A DNA stretch of 64,000 nucleotides, from positions 6,046 through 70,045 of the forward strand of contig JAFRYG010000024.1 in the NCBI GenBank assembly GCA_017441205.1. The letters are read 5' to 3'. Below the pieces are notes generated by a model. It was not told the DNA's origin and searched no databases. It worked only from the letters and a program-made list of their open reading frames with translations. The translations under genes and the position numbers were made by a program. Below, piece after piece: positions 46,390-54,823 of the stretch (position 1 is its first letter; each line of letters opens with the position of its first letter). Source of the stretch: Pseudomonadota bacterium. GTDB taxonomy: Bacteria; Myxococcota_A; Bradymonadia; UBA4248.

Positions 46390-48435
46390 ATGAAAGTAAA
46401 CAAATTAATTTTGGCGATATCGACTTTAAGTACGTGTACTTTCTTTGCCTGCGCTGACAGTGTGGATAATCCGCAGTCAGTTGCATGTGATCCCAATTCG
46501 ACCCTCTGCGCAGATAATGATTATCAATTGTCATGCGACGCAGCCGGTTCGGATTACAGCGTTCAGGTATGCGAGCACGGATGCAATTCAGAAACGAACA
46601 CATGCAATCCGGCTCCCGCCGACACGAATACGCATACGCCGCAAAATGCCCCCGGCATCGAAGTAAAGCCGGAATGCCAGGAAGACGATGCTTACTGCTC
46701 CAGCGAGGAAGTGTTAAAAAAATGCCTGGATGGCCGCTATTATGACTTCGAATGCACGGAAGACATGGTTTGTGATCCGGAGAGCCAGGCATGCGTGTTG
46801 GTGTCAGAACTCCCCGACAGCGCATGTGATTCCGATACATTTGAGCCTTCCTGCGATGGAAACATGCTCACAATTTGCCTGGACGATGTCATTGTGCGTC
46901 AGGCATGTGATTCCGCTGATTTGTGTGATGCCGAGCATTCCAGATGCCTGCTTCCCGAACCTCCTTCGTGCGGCGACTGCGCCGACGATGAATTCTGTGA
47001 CGAAAAATCACAGACCTGCATGCCGAAAGAATGTGATCTCGATGATGCGCCCAAATGCGTCAATGGACTCGCCTATAAGTCCTGCGATAACTGGCAGTAT
47101 AAAATCCATTCCTGCGGCGACGGATTAAAATGCAAATACGGTCAATGCTACGATCCCAATGGCGCTGAACCTCAGCCACAGCCAGATCCAGACCCTCAGC
47201 CTCCGGTCACGCCTCAACCCGATCCCGATGAGACTGGCACCAATGCCGGATATAATTGTCCTGCCGGACAGATCACCGTCTCCGACAGTGAACTGAAAAC
47301 ATTCTGCGTTCTGGATCCCAATGAACCTCTGGGTGAAGTCAAAGGAAAATCACAGTATTACTGCACGCCCGGTGCCATCGAAGGCCGCTACTGCCGCACT
47401 GTTCCCGCCGAGAATCCAGACTCCAGAGTTTCTATGAAACCTGGACAGAAATGTACCGAAGAACAGCTCAATCCCGCAAGCAACACGCTCAGAGTCCATA
47501 TCATCGACGTCGGACAGGGCGATTCCATCTGGATTCAGACCCCAACCGGACAGAATGTCCTCATCGACGGCGGCGATACCGGTGCCTTCGGAACCGCCGG
47601 CGGACCAATCGTCCACGATTATCTCACATTCCACGGCTTCCCCGCCGGCAGTGAATTCGACGCCGTATTCCTCACCCATCCGCACGCCGATCACTACGGC
47701 GGTCTGGCCAATATCTTCAATAAAGATAAGGATACGAAAAAAGTTAAATACGCCCACGGGATGAAAAATTACATCGATCCCATGGAACCTCAGACCACAG
47801 AAGCTGTCCCGACCGGATATATTAACTGGATTAAGAAAGTTCATAAATATCTGGACAGCAGCCACATCTATATGCCGGCTGAGGATATGTTCAGCACGAC
47901 CACGCCGATGCCCGAAGAGTTCTTTGGTCCCGAGGCCAAGGCCTACTTCATCAGAAGCACCAAAAAGCTTACAAACGCCGCAGGAAAAGCTGCGAATAAC
48001 AATCGCGCATCCATCATGTTCCAGCTCACGTATGCCGGACGTTCGTTCATGTTCACCGGTGATGCCGAAGTAGAACAGGAAGCAGAAGCTATCAGCAAAT
48101 CCCCGGATCATATCGCATCGAACTTCCTCAAGGTCTGCCATCACGGGTCGCCTACATCTTCGAGCGTAAAATTCCTCGATGCCGTTTGGAATTCTATCCC
48201 CAAGGCTGACCGGTATGCTCTGATTTCCAGCGGTCGCGGAAAATTCAGCGGCACATATATTCCCGCCGTCCCAATCCTCGACAGACTCATGTCATACCTG
48301 GAACCGGATCACCTCTACAGCACTTCCGTCGGTGACGACGATAAAACCGAGTCCGAAGCCTATCGCGATGACAACATCCTCATCGTCGTCAAACCCGATG
48401 GCGATTATTACGCCTGCTACGCAGGAACCAATTAA
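46390..48435 (+). CDS. Secreted lipoprotein: N-terminal Cys-rich repeat modules, a Pro-rich linker, and a C-terminal metallo-beta-lactamase fold (ComEC/Rec2-like).
   Basis: Start re-set to MKVNKLILAISTLSTCTFFACADS. At least four Cys-rich modules (e.g. 'CDPESQACV', 'CDEKSQTCMPKEC'). Linker PQPQPDPDPQPPVTPQPDPDE. MBL motifs 'IIDVGQGDSIWIQTPTGQNVLIDGG' and 'VFLTHPHADHYGG'. Confidence 0.65.
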   Translation: MKVNKLILAISTLSTCTFFACADSVDNPQSVACDPNSTLCADNDYQLSCDAAGSDYSVQVCEHGCNSETNTCNPAPADTNTHTPQNAPGIEVKPECQEDDAYCSSEEVLKKCLDGRYYDFECTEDMVCDPESQACVLVSELPDSACDSDTFEPSCDGNMLTICLDDVIVRQACDSADLCDAEHSRCLLPEPPSCGDCADDEFCDEKSQTCMPKECDLDDAPKCVNGLAYKSCDNWQYKIHSCGDGLKCKYGQCYDPNGAEPQPQPDPDPQPPVTPQPDPDETGTNAGYNCPAGQITVSDSELKTFCVLDPNEPLGEVKGKSQYYCTPGAIEGRYCRTVPAENPDSRVSMKPGQKCTEEQLNPASNTLRVHIIDVGQGDSIWIQTPTGQNVLIDGGDTGAFGTAGGPIVHDYLTFHGFPAGSEFDAVFLTHPHADHYGGLANIFNKDKDTKKVKYAHGMKNYIDPMEPQTTEAVPTGYINWIKKVHKYLDSSHIYMPAEDMFSTTTPMPEEFFGPEAKAYFIRSTKKLTNAAGKAANNNRASIMFQLTYAGRSFMFTGDAEVEQEAEAISKSPDHIASNFLKVCHHGSPTSSSVKFLDAVWNSIPKADRYALISSGRGKFSGTYIPAVPILDRLMSYLEPDHLYSTSVGDDDKTESEAYRDDNILIVVKPDGDYYACYAGTN

Positions 48436-48465
48436 TATATAACAAAATAATATATAACAATACGC

Positions 48466-48513
48466 AGCCCCTGTGGATATGACTTGTTCATATCCACAGG
48501 GGCTAAAATTTTG
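48466..48513. terminator. Rho-independent terminator.
   Basis: Hairpin AGCCCCTGTGGATATGA..TCATATCCACAGGGGCT followed by AAAATTTTG. Confidence 0.6.
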
Positions 48514-48514
48514 T

Positions 48515-48668
48515 ACAGACGTGCGAACCACACGTCTCTTCTAAAAATGAATATGCCACGCGCCTTCAGGGCGTGGCTGATTTTTTATATATTAACCCGG
48601 TAATAATCGCGAATCGCACGTTGCTTCTAAAATATACAGACGTGTCGCGACATGTTTCTTATAAAATC
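48515..48668. repeat. Array of four hairpin units of the 'AGACGT..ACGTCT-CTTCTAAAA' family, plus GCCACGCGCCTTCAGGGCGTGGC.
   Basis: Direct reading. The units are ACAGACGTGCGAACCACACGTCTCTTCTAAAAA, CGCGAATCGCACGTTGCTTCTAAAATA and ACAGACGTGTCGCGACATGTTTCTTATAAAATCG. Confidence 0.6.
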
Positions 48669-48676
48669 GAAAACCA

Positions 48677-48973
48677 TCATTTGCGTTTTGGATTGCAGGG
48701 ATACCACCCTCGCTCCACGCGTTTTTTCTGATGATAAAGCTCAACGATGCACCAGAAAAATGTGCATCCCAGAATGCCAAGAATCCCCGAAAGTACCGTC
48801 GACTGAGCAAATAGCGCAAATCCCAGTGTGATACATCCCAAAACAGCAAAGAGCGGCCAACATTTTGTACCCCAGTAATACTCAGCCTTGATCACAATCG
48901 GATGAAATACGCCAATAATAACAAATGATACAATTGCTATCACAATACCGCTAAAATTCAGCTCTTCGAACAT
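48677..48973 (-). CDS. Small (98-aa) integral membrane protein.
   Basis: Three predicted TM helices. Hypothetical. Confidence 0.35.
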   Translation of the reverse strand: MFEELNFSGIVIAIVSFVIIGVFHPIVIKAEYYWGTKCWPLFAVLGCITLGFALFAQSTVLSGILGILGCTFFWCIVELYHQKKRVERGWYPCNPKRK

Positions 48974-48993
48974 AAAACTCCACTAAAACATTT

Positions 48994-49124
48994 TGTCTGC
49001 CGTATTCGCCCCGCGAATAGGCAGACACAGGCCGTGTGTGAAACAGCGGCCAACTGCAAAAAGCGCTGTCTGCCGTATTCGCCCCGCGAATAGGCAGACA
49101 CAGGCCGCGTGTGAAACAGCGGCC
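48994..49124. repeat. Two direct copies (58 bp each, period 73 bp, one mismatch) of a double-hairpin unit (GTCTGCCGTATTCGCCCCGCGAATAGGCAGAC + GGCCG.GTGTGAAACAGCGGCC).
   Basis: Direct reading. Confidence 0.8.
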
Positions 49125-49141
49125 TGCTCATAAAATATCTA

Positions 49142-49912
49142 TTATCCCGGTCCGTAACTGCGTACGAAATTCGGGCGTTCCTCTGCCGGAGCATCTTTTT
49201 CCTTGCGAGGTTTGTAGGCTTTCATGCCGACCTGAGTCATGCCCTTTTCGGTAAAGATGAACAGCGTATTCTTTCTCGAAAGCAGGTCCGCAGTAAGTTT
49301 CGCCGTCGAATTTTTAATATGCCACGGGCTGTCTTCGGTCGGTTCCGATTTCGTAATCTGATCCCAGGGACACAAATAGAATATTTCCTCGAGGAAATTC
49401 CTGAAATCGTTGACAAAATTGACGCTCTGAACATCGATGAATTCAATATTGCCAATATGAGTCTGGCGCATTTCGTCGATCATATCGGTTGCTTCCGTGA
49501 GCGGCAAATCCGCCACATCGAAATTCAAATCGCGCTCCAAGTCGTAATAACGCTCAATCTTCGGGATATTGCGCAAAATGAATTGCGGCGTGCATTCGAC
49601 GACCTGATCATCGACGTCGTTGGGACGTTCGATTTTTGAAGGTTCTGCCGACGATTCGAGCTCCATGCGATGAAGTTCAAAAACATGATTCGCAAAAACG
49701 CTGTAGTCCTGACATATTGGCTTTTCGATATGTACGGATTTCGGCAGCTGACGCACCGAAAGCGCCATATTTTCATCAGCAAAAGCCCATCTCCAGAATC
49801 CGCATTCCGGGCGATGATGGCGACTGGCGAGGTCTTCCGGTCCGAGATCTGCAAAAACTATCGTCATATCGACAGACGACGAATCGGGTGTTTTTACGGT
49901 ATCTTCGGACAT
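49142..49912 (-). CDS. Hypothetical acidic cytoplasmic protein (256 aa).
   Basis: Intact ORF. No recognisable motif. Confidence 0.3.
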   Translation of the reverse strand: MSEDTVKTPDSSSVDMTIVFADLGPEDLASRHHRPECGFWRWAFADENMALSVRQLPKSVHIEKPICQDYSVFANHVFELHRMELESSAEPSKIERPNDVDDQVVECTPQFILRNIPKIERYYDLERDLNFDVADLPLTEATDMIDEMRQTHIGNIEFIDVQSVNFVNDFRNFLEEIFYLCPWDQITKSEPTEDSPWHIKNSTAKLTADLLSRKNTLFIFTEKGMTQVGMKAYKPRKEKDAPAEERPNFVRSYGPG

Positions 49913-50039
49913 GATATGCCTTTTCGATTATTAACTGGCTCTGTCCCCCGAGCGCAGCCATATACTCTCATCTTTTTATTGCTCATGATTACGAATAACC
50001 ATGATTGGCATTCATTGTAATCACTACGGCGCCATGGAT

Positions 50040-50205
50040 GGCGGCGAGAGGCGAGGGAGGCATGTCCAGGGATGGACATTCGACCCGCAACTACGATTGC
50101 ACTGAAAAGCGTGCGGGGGATGTAGGGGGTGTTCACAACCGAACACCCCCTGCCGCGTAAGCGTAAAAAATCAAGCACCCGCGCTGCAAAGCGCGAATGC
50201 AAAAT
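50040..50205. repeat. GC-rich REP-like palindromic cluster (GGCGCCATGGATGGCGGCG; GGGGGTGTTCACAACCGAACACCCCC; GCACCCGCGCTGCAAAGCGCGAATGC).
   Basis: Direct reading. Confidence 0.5.
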
Positions 50206-50220
50206 ATATAAAGTTATATA

Positions 50221-50436
50221 TTATTTATCGCCGTCCGACCCGACGCTGACGCTCGTATGGACTTCTTCTTCCTGCTGATAATATTCACTTGTATAATTGC
50301 ATGTGCGGACGATACCGAGAGCTTCCTCGATCTCCTTTGTCACTTCCATGCATTTTTTTCCCTTAAAACCAACGGGATGAATTTCGACAGAACCATCCGG
50401 ATTGATGGAAAACTCAATTGACTGTTTTGTTGCCAT
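50221..50436 (-). CDS. DUF2997-family small protein.
   Basis: The 71-aa sequence 'MATKQSIEFSINPDGSVEIHPVGFKGKKCMEVTKEIEEALGIV...TSEYYQQE' matches my recollection of DUF2997 consensus (small, conserved Cys, C-terminal acidic tail). Confidence 0.55.
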   Translation of the reverse strand: MATKQSIEFSINPDGSVEIHPVGFKGKKCMEVTKEIEEALGIVRTCNYTSEYYQQEEEVHTSVSVGSDGDK

Positions 50437-50468
50437 CTTATGTTCCTCTCTTCGCGATTAATTCTATT

Positions 50469-50864
50469 CTAGCCCCAGCGCGTTGCCGTCAGTTTGATGA
50501 CGTTCGTCACTTTGTCTTCTTCCATATCCAGGGTGTAGTGCTTCTTCTTCAGTTCCTTGACGACCTTGTGATAAGCATATCGCTGCTGGAGCTGATTGAC
50601 GAACTGCTGCTCATTGACGCCGCGGGTTGCTTCGACGCCCCACCAGTCGGCGAGAAGTTCACATCCATTTTCATTGATGCGCAAACCGACATCATATTTG
50701 CCGCTCACTTTGATAGAAATATCGGCTTTTTCGAGCTGCTGATTGTAACCACGAACATTGACGCCTTCTTCCGAATGTACGCACTCGTAGCCGAGATCTT
50801 TAATTGCCTCGAGGATACATTCAAGATCTTTCATCTTGGATTCAACGGTTGAAAAATGACTCAT
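50469..50864 (-). CDS. DUF1257-family protein (Ycf35-like).
   Basis: 'MSHFS..........L..L..A..DLG' at the N-terminus and 'QRYAYHKVV' near the C-terminus are characteristic of DUF1257/Ycf35 as I recall it. Lies 32 bp upstream of the DUF2997 gene. Confidence 0.55.
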   Translation of the reverse strand: MSHFSTVESKMKDLECILEAIKDLGYECVHSEEGVNVRGYNQQLEKADISIKVSGKYDVGLRINENGCELLADWWGVEATRGVNEQQFVNQLQQRYAYHKVVKELKKKHYTLDMEEDKVTNVIKLTATRWG

Positions 50865-50920
50865 ACTATTCCCTCAACTTAAATCAGTAAAAGTCCCGGC
50901 ATTTTGCCGGGACTGCTCAA

Positions 50921-52474
50921 CTACATCTCAAGATGGCGAATTTGCTTGTCTTCGCTGCTGCTGCCCTCTTCGTCCAGGCTTGCGCGGCGTGCACGGCTCT
51001 TGGCCCAGTCGCGCATGTAATCGATGCGTTCTTTCATCTGATAGGAAAGCGGAATGATTTCGTTGCAGCTGCGAACGACGCTGTCGGTATCGATATCCTT
51101 CTTGGCTTCATACGCATCGAACAGAGAAGAAACGATTGCCTGTTCAATTTCGGATCCCGAAAATCCCTGCGTTGCAGCGACGATGCGCGGAATATCAAAA
51201 TCCGCGACCTTTCGGTTCTTCTTGATGATGTGGATCTCAATGATCGTCTTGCGTTCTGCGGGGCTCGGAAGATCGACGAAGAAGATTTCGTCAAAACGGC
51301 CTTTACGAAGCAATTCCGGCGGAAGCATCGAAACATCGTTCGCCGTAGCGATGACGAATACCGGGCTCGTCTTTTCCTGAAGCCACGTAATAAAGGAACC
51401 GAAAACGCGTGCGCCCGTGCCGCCGTCCGTCGATCCGGACGACTTCGTTCCAGAAAATCCCTTCTCCAACTCATCCATCCACAGAATACACGGCGCGACG
51501 GCTTCTGCCGTTGCGATGGCTTTGCGCATGTTCTCTTCCGAAGAACCGACGAGGGATGAAAACACCTTGCCGACATCCAGACGAAGCAGCGGCATCTTCC
51601 ACAATGCACCGACGGATTTTGCAGTCAGTGACTTTCCGCAGCCCGGCAATCCGAGCAGCAGAATGCCCTTCGGCAATGGAAGTCCGAACTCACGGGCCTT
51701 CGAACTGAAGGCAAGATTACGCGTCTTGAGCCAGCTCTTCAGAATCTCGAGACCACCGATATCGCGAAGCTTCAAATCGGATTGATAGAACTCGAGCAGA
51801 CCATTCTTGCGGATGAGGTTTTTCTTTTCATCGACGATCGTCTCGATATCGAAATCGTGTTTGATGATCAGGCTCTTCGAGAACACGTTCGAGGCTTCGA
51901 CTGCCGTCAGACCGAGAGCTGCTTCGACGACTTTTTCGCGGAAATACGGATCATTGCGTACCTGCTGGCAGAGATCATCCGGAACGCTCTTGAGTACCTG
52001 GAGAACCAGCTCATTGATAACGGTTCGGTTCGGGAGATCATAATCGATCACGCTGACTTCCTTTTCGAGTTCCGCAGGAAGTTTGAATGTCGGGCTCAGA
52101 AGCAGCACGTGCTTCTTGTAGCGACTCGTTTTGAACTCGCGGCTCAGATCACGAAGTCGGCGCGTAACCTGAGGATCCGACAAATACGGATGAAAATCCC
52201 TTAGCACGAACACGGCATCATTTTCGTAACGGAAAATATGCTCCATTGCGCGCTGTGGATCGCGGATATCGTTAAATGTATCGCCATCGCCCCCCTGGAA
52301 CCCTTCCGTACACGACCAGGTCACAAAACGACGATTACGGCGTTCACAAATTTTGCGAAGATTATTTTCAACACGCTCTTCTTCCGTACTCGTGACATAT
52401 AAAAGAGGATACCTTGCACGAATCAGATACTCAATTTCCTCTTCTGAAGAAACATTCGCTCGAATTCCTTCCAT
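50921..52474 (-). CDS. AAA+ ATPase with an ~270-aa N-terminal domain (Ycf46-like).
   Basis: Walker A 'LLLGLPGCGKSLTAKSV'; Walker B 'ILWMDELEK'; sensor/Arg-finger region 'VIATANDVSMLPPELLRKGRFDEIFFVDLP'. A single AAA module at the C-terminus. Confidence 0.85.
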   Translation of the reverse strand: MEGIRANVSSEEEIEYLIRARYPLLYVTSTEEERVENNLRKICERRNRRFVTWSCTEGFQGGDGDTFNDIRDPQRAMEHIFRYENDAVFVLRDFHPYLSDPQVTRRLRDLSREFKTSRYKKHVLLLSPTFKLPAELEKEVSVIDYDLPNRTVINELVLQVLKSVPDDLCQQVRNDPYFREKVVEAALGLTAVEASNVFSKSLIIKHDFDIETIVDEKKNLIRKNGLLEFYQSDLKLRDIGGLEILKSWLKTRNLAFSSKAREFGLPLPKGILLLGLPGCGKSLTAKSVGALWKMPLLRLDVGKVFSSLVGSSEENMRKAIATAEAVAPCILWMDELEKGFSGTKSSGSTDGGTGARVFGSFITWLQEKTSPVFVIATANDVSMLPPELLRKGRFDEIFFVDLPSPAERKTIIEIHIIKKNRKVADFDIPRIVAATQGFSGSEIEQAIVSSLFDAYEAKKDIDTDSVVRSCNEIIPLSYQMKERIDYMRDWAKSRARRASLDEEGSSSEDKQIRHLEM

Positions 52475-52584
52475 TGACGTCTGCTCCTGGCTGCTGGTGA
52501 ATCAAACATGACCAAAAGTCATGCTAAAATCTGTTTTCGTTTATTAATCAGCCGAATCCGTGCGTTCACAGACCAGCTCAATTC

Positions 52585-54618
52585 CTACATCTGCAGTACG
52601 CTGCGCATATCCTTAAGCTTGTCCTTGATCTCCGCAAGCGAGTTCTGACCGGAATCCAGTGAACTGGCGATATCCTCAAAAATAATTTTGGGATCGTAAT
52701 CCTTCAGAACGTTCTCGAGGCGCGTTTTTTCCTGGCCCACGAGCTTAGAAACATCGATCTTCACATAAGCCACGAACACGCGCTGAAGATCCGTAATGCT
52801 TGCATCGAGCATCTCCAAATCGCTGCGCCACTGGCTCACGACATCATTGATGTCGGAATACAGCCCCTTGACGCGTTCAAGCAGGCCACTGTCTGCGCCG
52901 CCCGCCGACTCGCGAAGCGAGGCAATTTGTGCTTCAGCATCGCGAAGCGATTTTTCAAGTGCGGCCACGCGTTCACTGCTGTCGCCGGACTGCATGGATT
53001 CCAGCTCGTGAATGCGATCCCTGAGCCGCTGCACATCCTCATCCGAAGCACTTTCTGCAGCGCTCAGCTGTTTCTGCAGCAACTCCGCCTCACTCGTCTT
53101 GCGGTTCAGACTTTCCCTCACCTGTGCAAGTTCCTGGAGCAATGCTGCACTGTCTCCGCCGCCTTTTGAACGCAGTGAATCCTGCAGCTGCCGAATCTCG
53201 CGGGCGCGATCATTCAGATTACCCTTGAGCTCGCTGAACATGACCTCATGCTGTTCGACGACCTTCTTCATATCGCGGTTCCGGCGCTGGCTCTCTTCGA
53301 GAGATGCATTCAGCGTATCGACATTTTCTTTCAGGCGCTCGACATTCTCGCGCTCTTCCTTGCACGAAAACTGAGCAATATCGAGTTCGCGCTGCAGCTC
53401 TTCCAGGAGGTGATTCTTCTTCGTCAGCTGAACCTTCAAATCCGCTATCGCTGTCTCCGCATTCGATGTCGCCATCCCCTTCGATTCCAGCGTTTCCTTC
53501 AGCGTCTGAAGCTCCATCTTCAGGGATTCCGCCTCATCCTGCGATGTAACGAGATCGCGGCGGCACTCCTGGTACTGCTCTTTCTGGTGATCGAGCTGTT
53601 CCTTGAGCTTGTCGATCATATCCTTCAGACCGGTCACGACCGTTTCATGATATTCATTCCGACGCTCATAATCCGTCAGAATCTGATCGCGCTCATCCAG
53701 CTTTTCCTGAAGTTCCTTGATCACATCGCCATTGCCGGCGCCGGCGCGAGCTTCCTCAAGATCGTGCTTCAGCTTGGCATTCTCTTCCTGAAGTCTGCTG
53801 ACTTCATCCGATGCCGCACCGGAATTATAGGGTGCCCGGGATCGCTGCTGCCCCGATACCGGTTGCTGCGATGACATCGGCTGCTGCATACCCATCGGCT
53901 GCTGCATACCCATTGGCTGCTGCTGGGGTGACATCGGCTGCTGCATACCCATTGGCTGCTGCTGGGGCGACATCGGCTGCTGCATACCCATCGGCTGCTG
54001 CATGCCCATCGGCTGCTGAGCAGCCATCGCCTGCTGGGATGCCATCGGCTGCTGCATACCCATCGGCTGCTGCATACCCATCGGCTGCTGGGGTGACATC
54101 GGCTGCTGCATACCCATTGCGCCCTGCTGAACCGGCCTGCCCATCGGACTGCGATTGTCCTGCTGGTAATTGCCGCGGTTCGAAACCGGGGCCGCCGAAT
54201 AGCCACCGCGATTGTACTGCTGCTGGTACATCGCCGGATTCTGCATCATTCCTGGTGCCATCGGAATCTGATCTGCCATCCGGGGAACATTATCCGCACC
54301 GCCGTCTCCAACGACGCGTATCGAAAAATTCCCGCACAACAGCTCACTGCCCACGAACAGCTCAAGCACCTCTCCCGGCTGAAGCCGCATTCCGTCTACT
54401 TTCGTGCCATTCGTCGGCCTGCTGTTCGGCGGATCCTGTACAAAAAGTTTCCCATCCCGCCAGGTCACCATCGCATGAACTCGGGATACCGACGCGTTCG
54501 TCGTCTGAACACCGCAATCCGGATTGCGGCCTATCATAACGACATTCTTGCGCTCATTGAGCTCTACAGCTTTCTCCCAACCATTTTGATCGTTGTATAC
54601 TAACTTTACCAAGGACAC
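52585..54618 (-). CDS. FHA-domain protein with a Q/M/P-rich low-complexity tract and a ~350-aa coiled coil.
   Basis: The N-terminal ~105 aa form an FHA domain ('VMIGRNPDCGVQTTNASVSRVHAMVTWRDGKLFVQDPPNSRPTNGTKVDG'). About 20 'QQPMGM' repeats follow. The C-terminal half is heptad-rich (LQEENAKLKHDLEE...). Confidence 0.75.
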   Translation of the reverse strand: MSLVKLVYNDQNGWEKAVELNERKNVVMIGRNPDCGVQTTNASVSRVHAMVTWRDGKLFVQDPPNSRPTNGTKVDGMRLQPGEVLELFVGSELLCGNFSIRVVGDGGADNVPRMADQIPMAPGMMQNPAMYQQQYNRGGYSAAPVSNRGNYQQDNRSPMGRPVQQGAMGMQQPMSPQQPMGMQQPMGMQQPMASQQAMAAQQPMGMQQPMGMQQPMSPQQQPMGMQQPMSPQQQPMGMQQPMGMQQPMSSQQPVSGQQRSRAPYNSGAASDEVSRLQEENAKLKHDLEEARAGAGNGDVIKELQEKLDERDQILTDYERRNEYHETVVTGLKDMIDKLKEQLDHQKEQYQECRRDLVTSQDEAESLKMELQTLKETLESKGMATSNAETAIADLKVQLTKKNHLLEELQRELDIAQFSCKEERENVERLKENVDTLNASLEESQRRNRDMKKVVEQHEVMFSELKGNLNDRAREIRQLQDSLRSKGGGDSAALLQELAQVRESLNRKTSEAELLQKQLSAAESASDEDVQRLRDRIHELESMQSGDSSERVAALEKSLRDAEAQIASLRESAGGADSGLLERVKGLYSDINDVVSQWRSDLEMLDASITDLQRVFVAYVKIDVSKLVGQEKTRLENVLKDYDPKIIFEDIASSLDSGQNSLAEIKDKLKDMRSVLQM

Positions 54619-54721
54619 TTCTCCTTCTTAAAGCGCAAAAGGAAACTACCTCTGTTTTAATGCATTCTCCCCTCTTTTGTCCACACTCCGTTCAAAAATC
54701 CAACGACCATTTGGTAAATCT

Positions 54722-54822
54722 CATTTTTTTGTCACGGGCGCGGCTATCCCGGCTCCGCCGGAATACGCCCGCGCTCGGGCCGGCTATGCGCCTCACGGCG
54801 CATACGCCCGCCCCTATTATTT
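54722..54822. repeat. REP-like GC-rich palindromes with CGTATG/CATACG cores (GGAATACGCCCGCGCTCGGGCCGGCTATGCGCC; CGGCGCATACGCCCGCCCC).
   Basis: Direct reading. Confidence 0.55.
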
Positions 54823-54823
54823 C

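Noticed and set aside
48994-49124. Possible CRISPR array.
   Set aside because: There are only two repeat copies separated by 15 bp, no spacer-like unique segments, and no cas genes. A REP/BIME-like dimer is a better fit.
50921-52474. FtsH, ClpA/B or Cdc48 identity for the AAA+ protein.
   Set aside because: It has a single AAA module, with no protease, zinc-metalloprotease HEXXH or second NBD domain. The N-domain is unrelated to Clp N-domains. An orphan Ycf46-like ATPase fits better.
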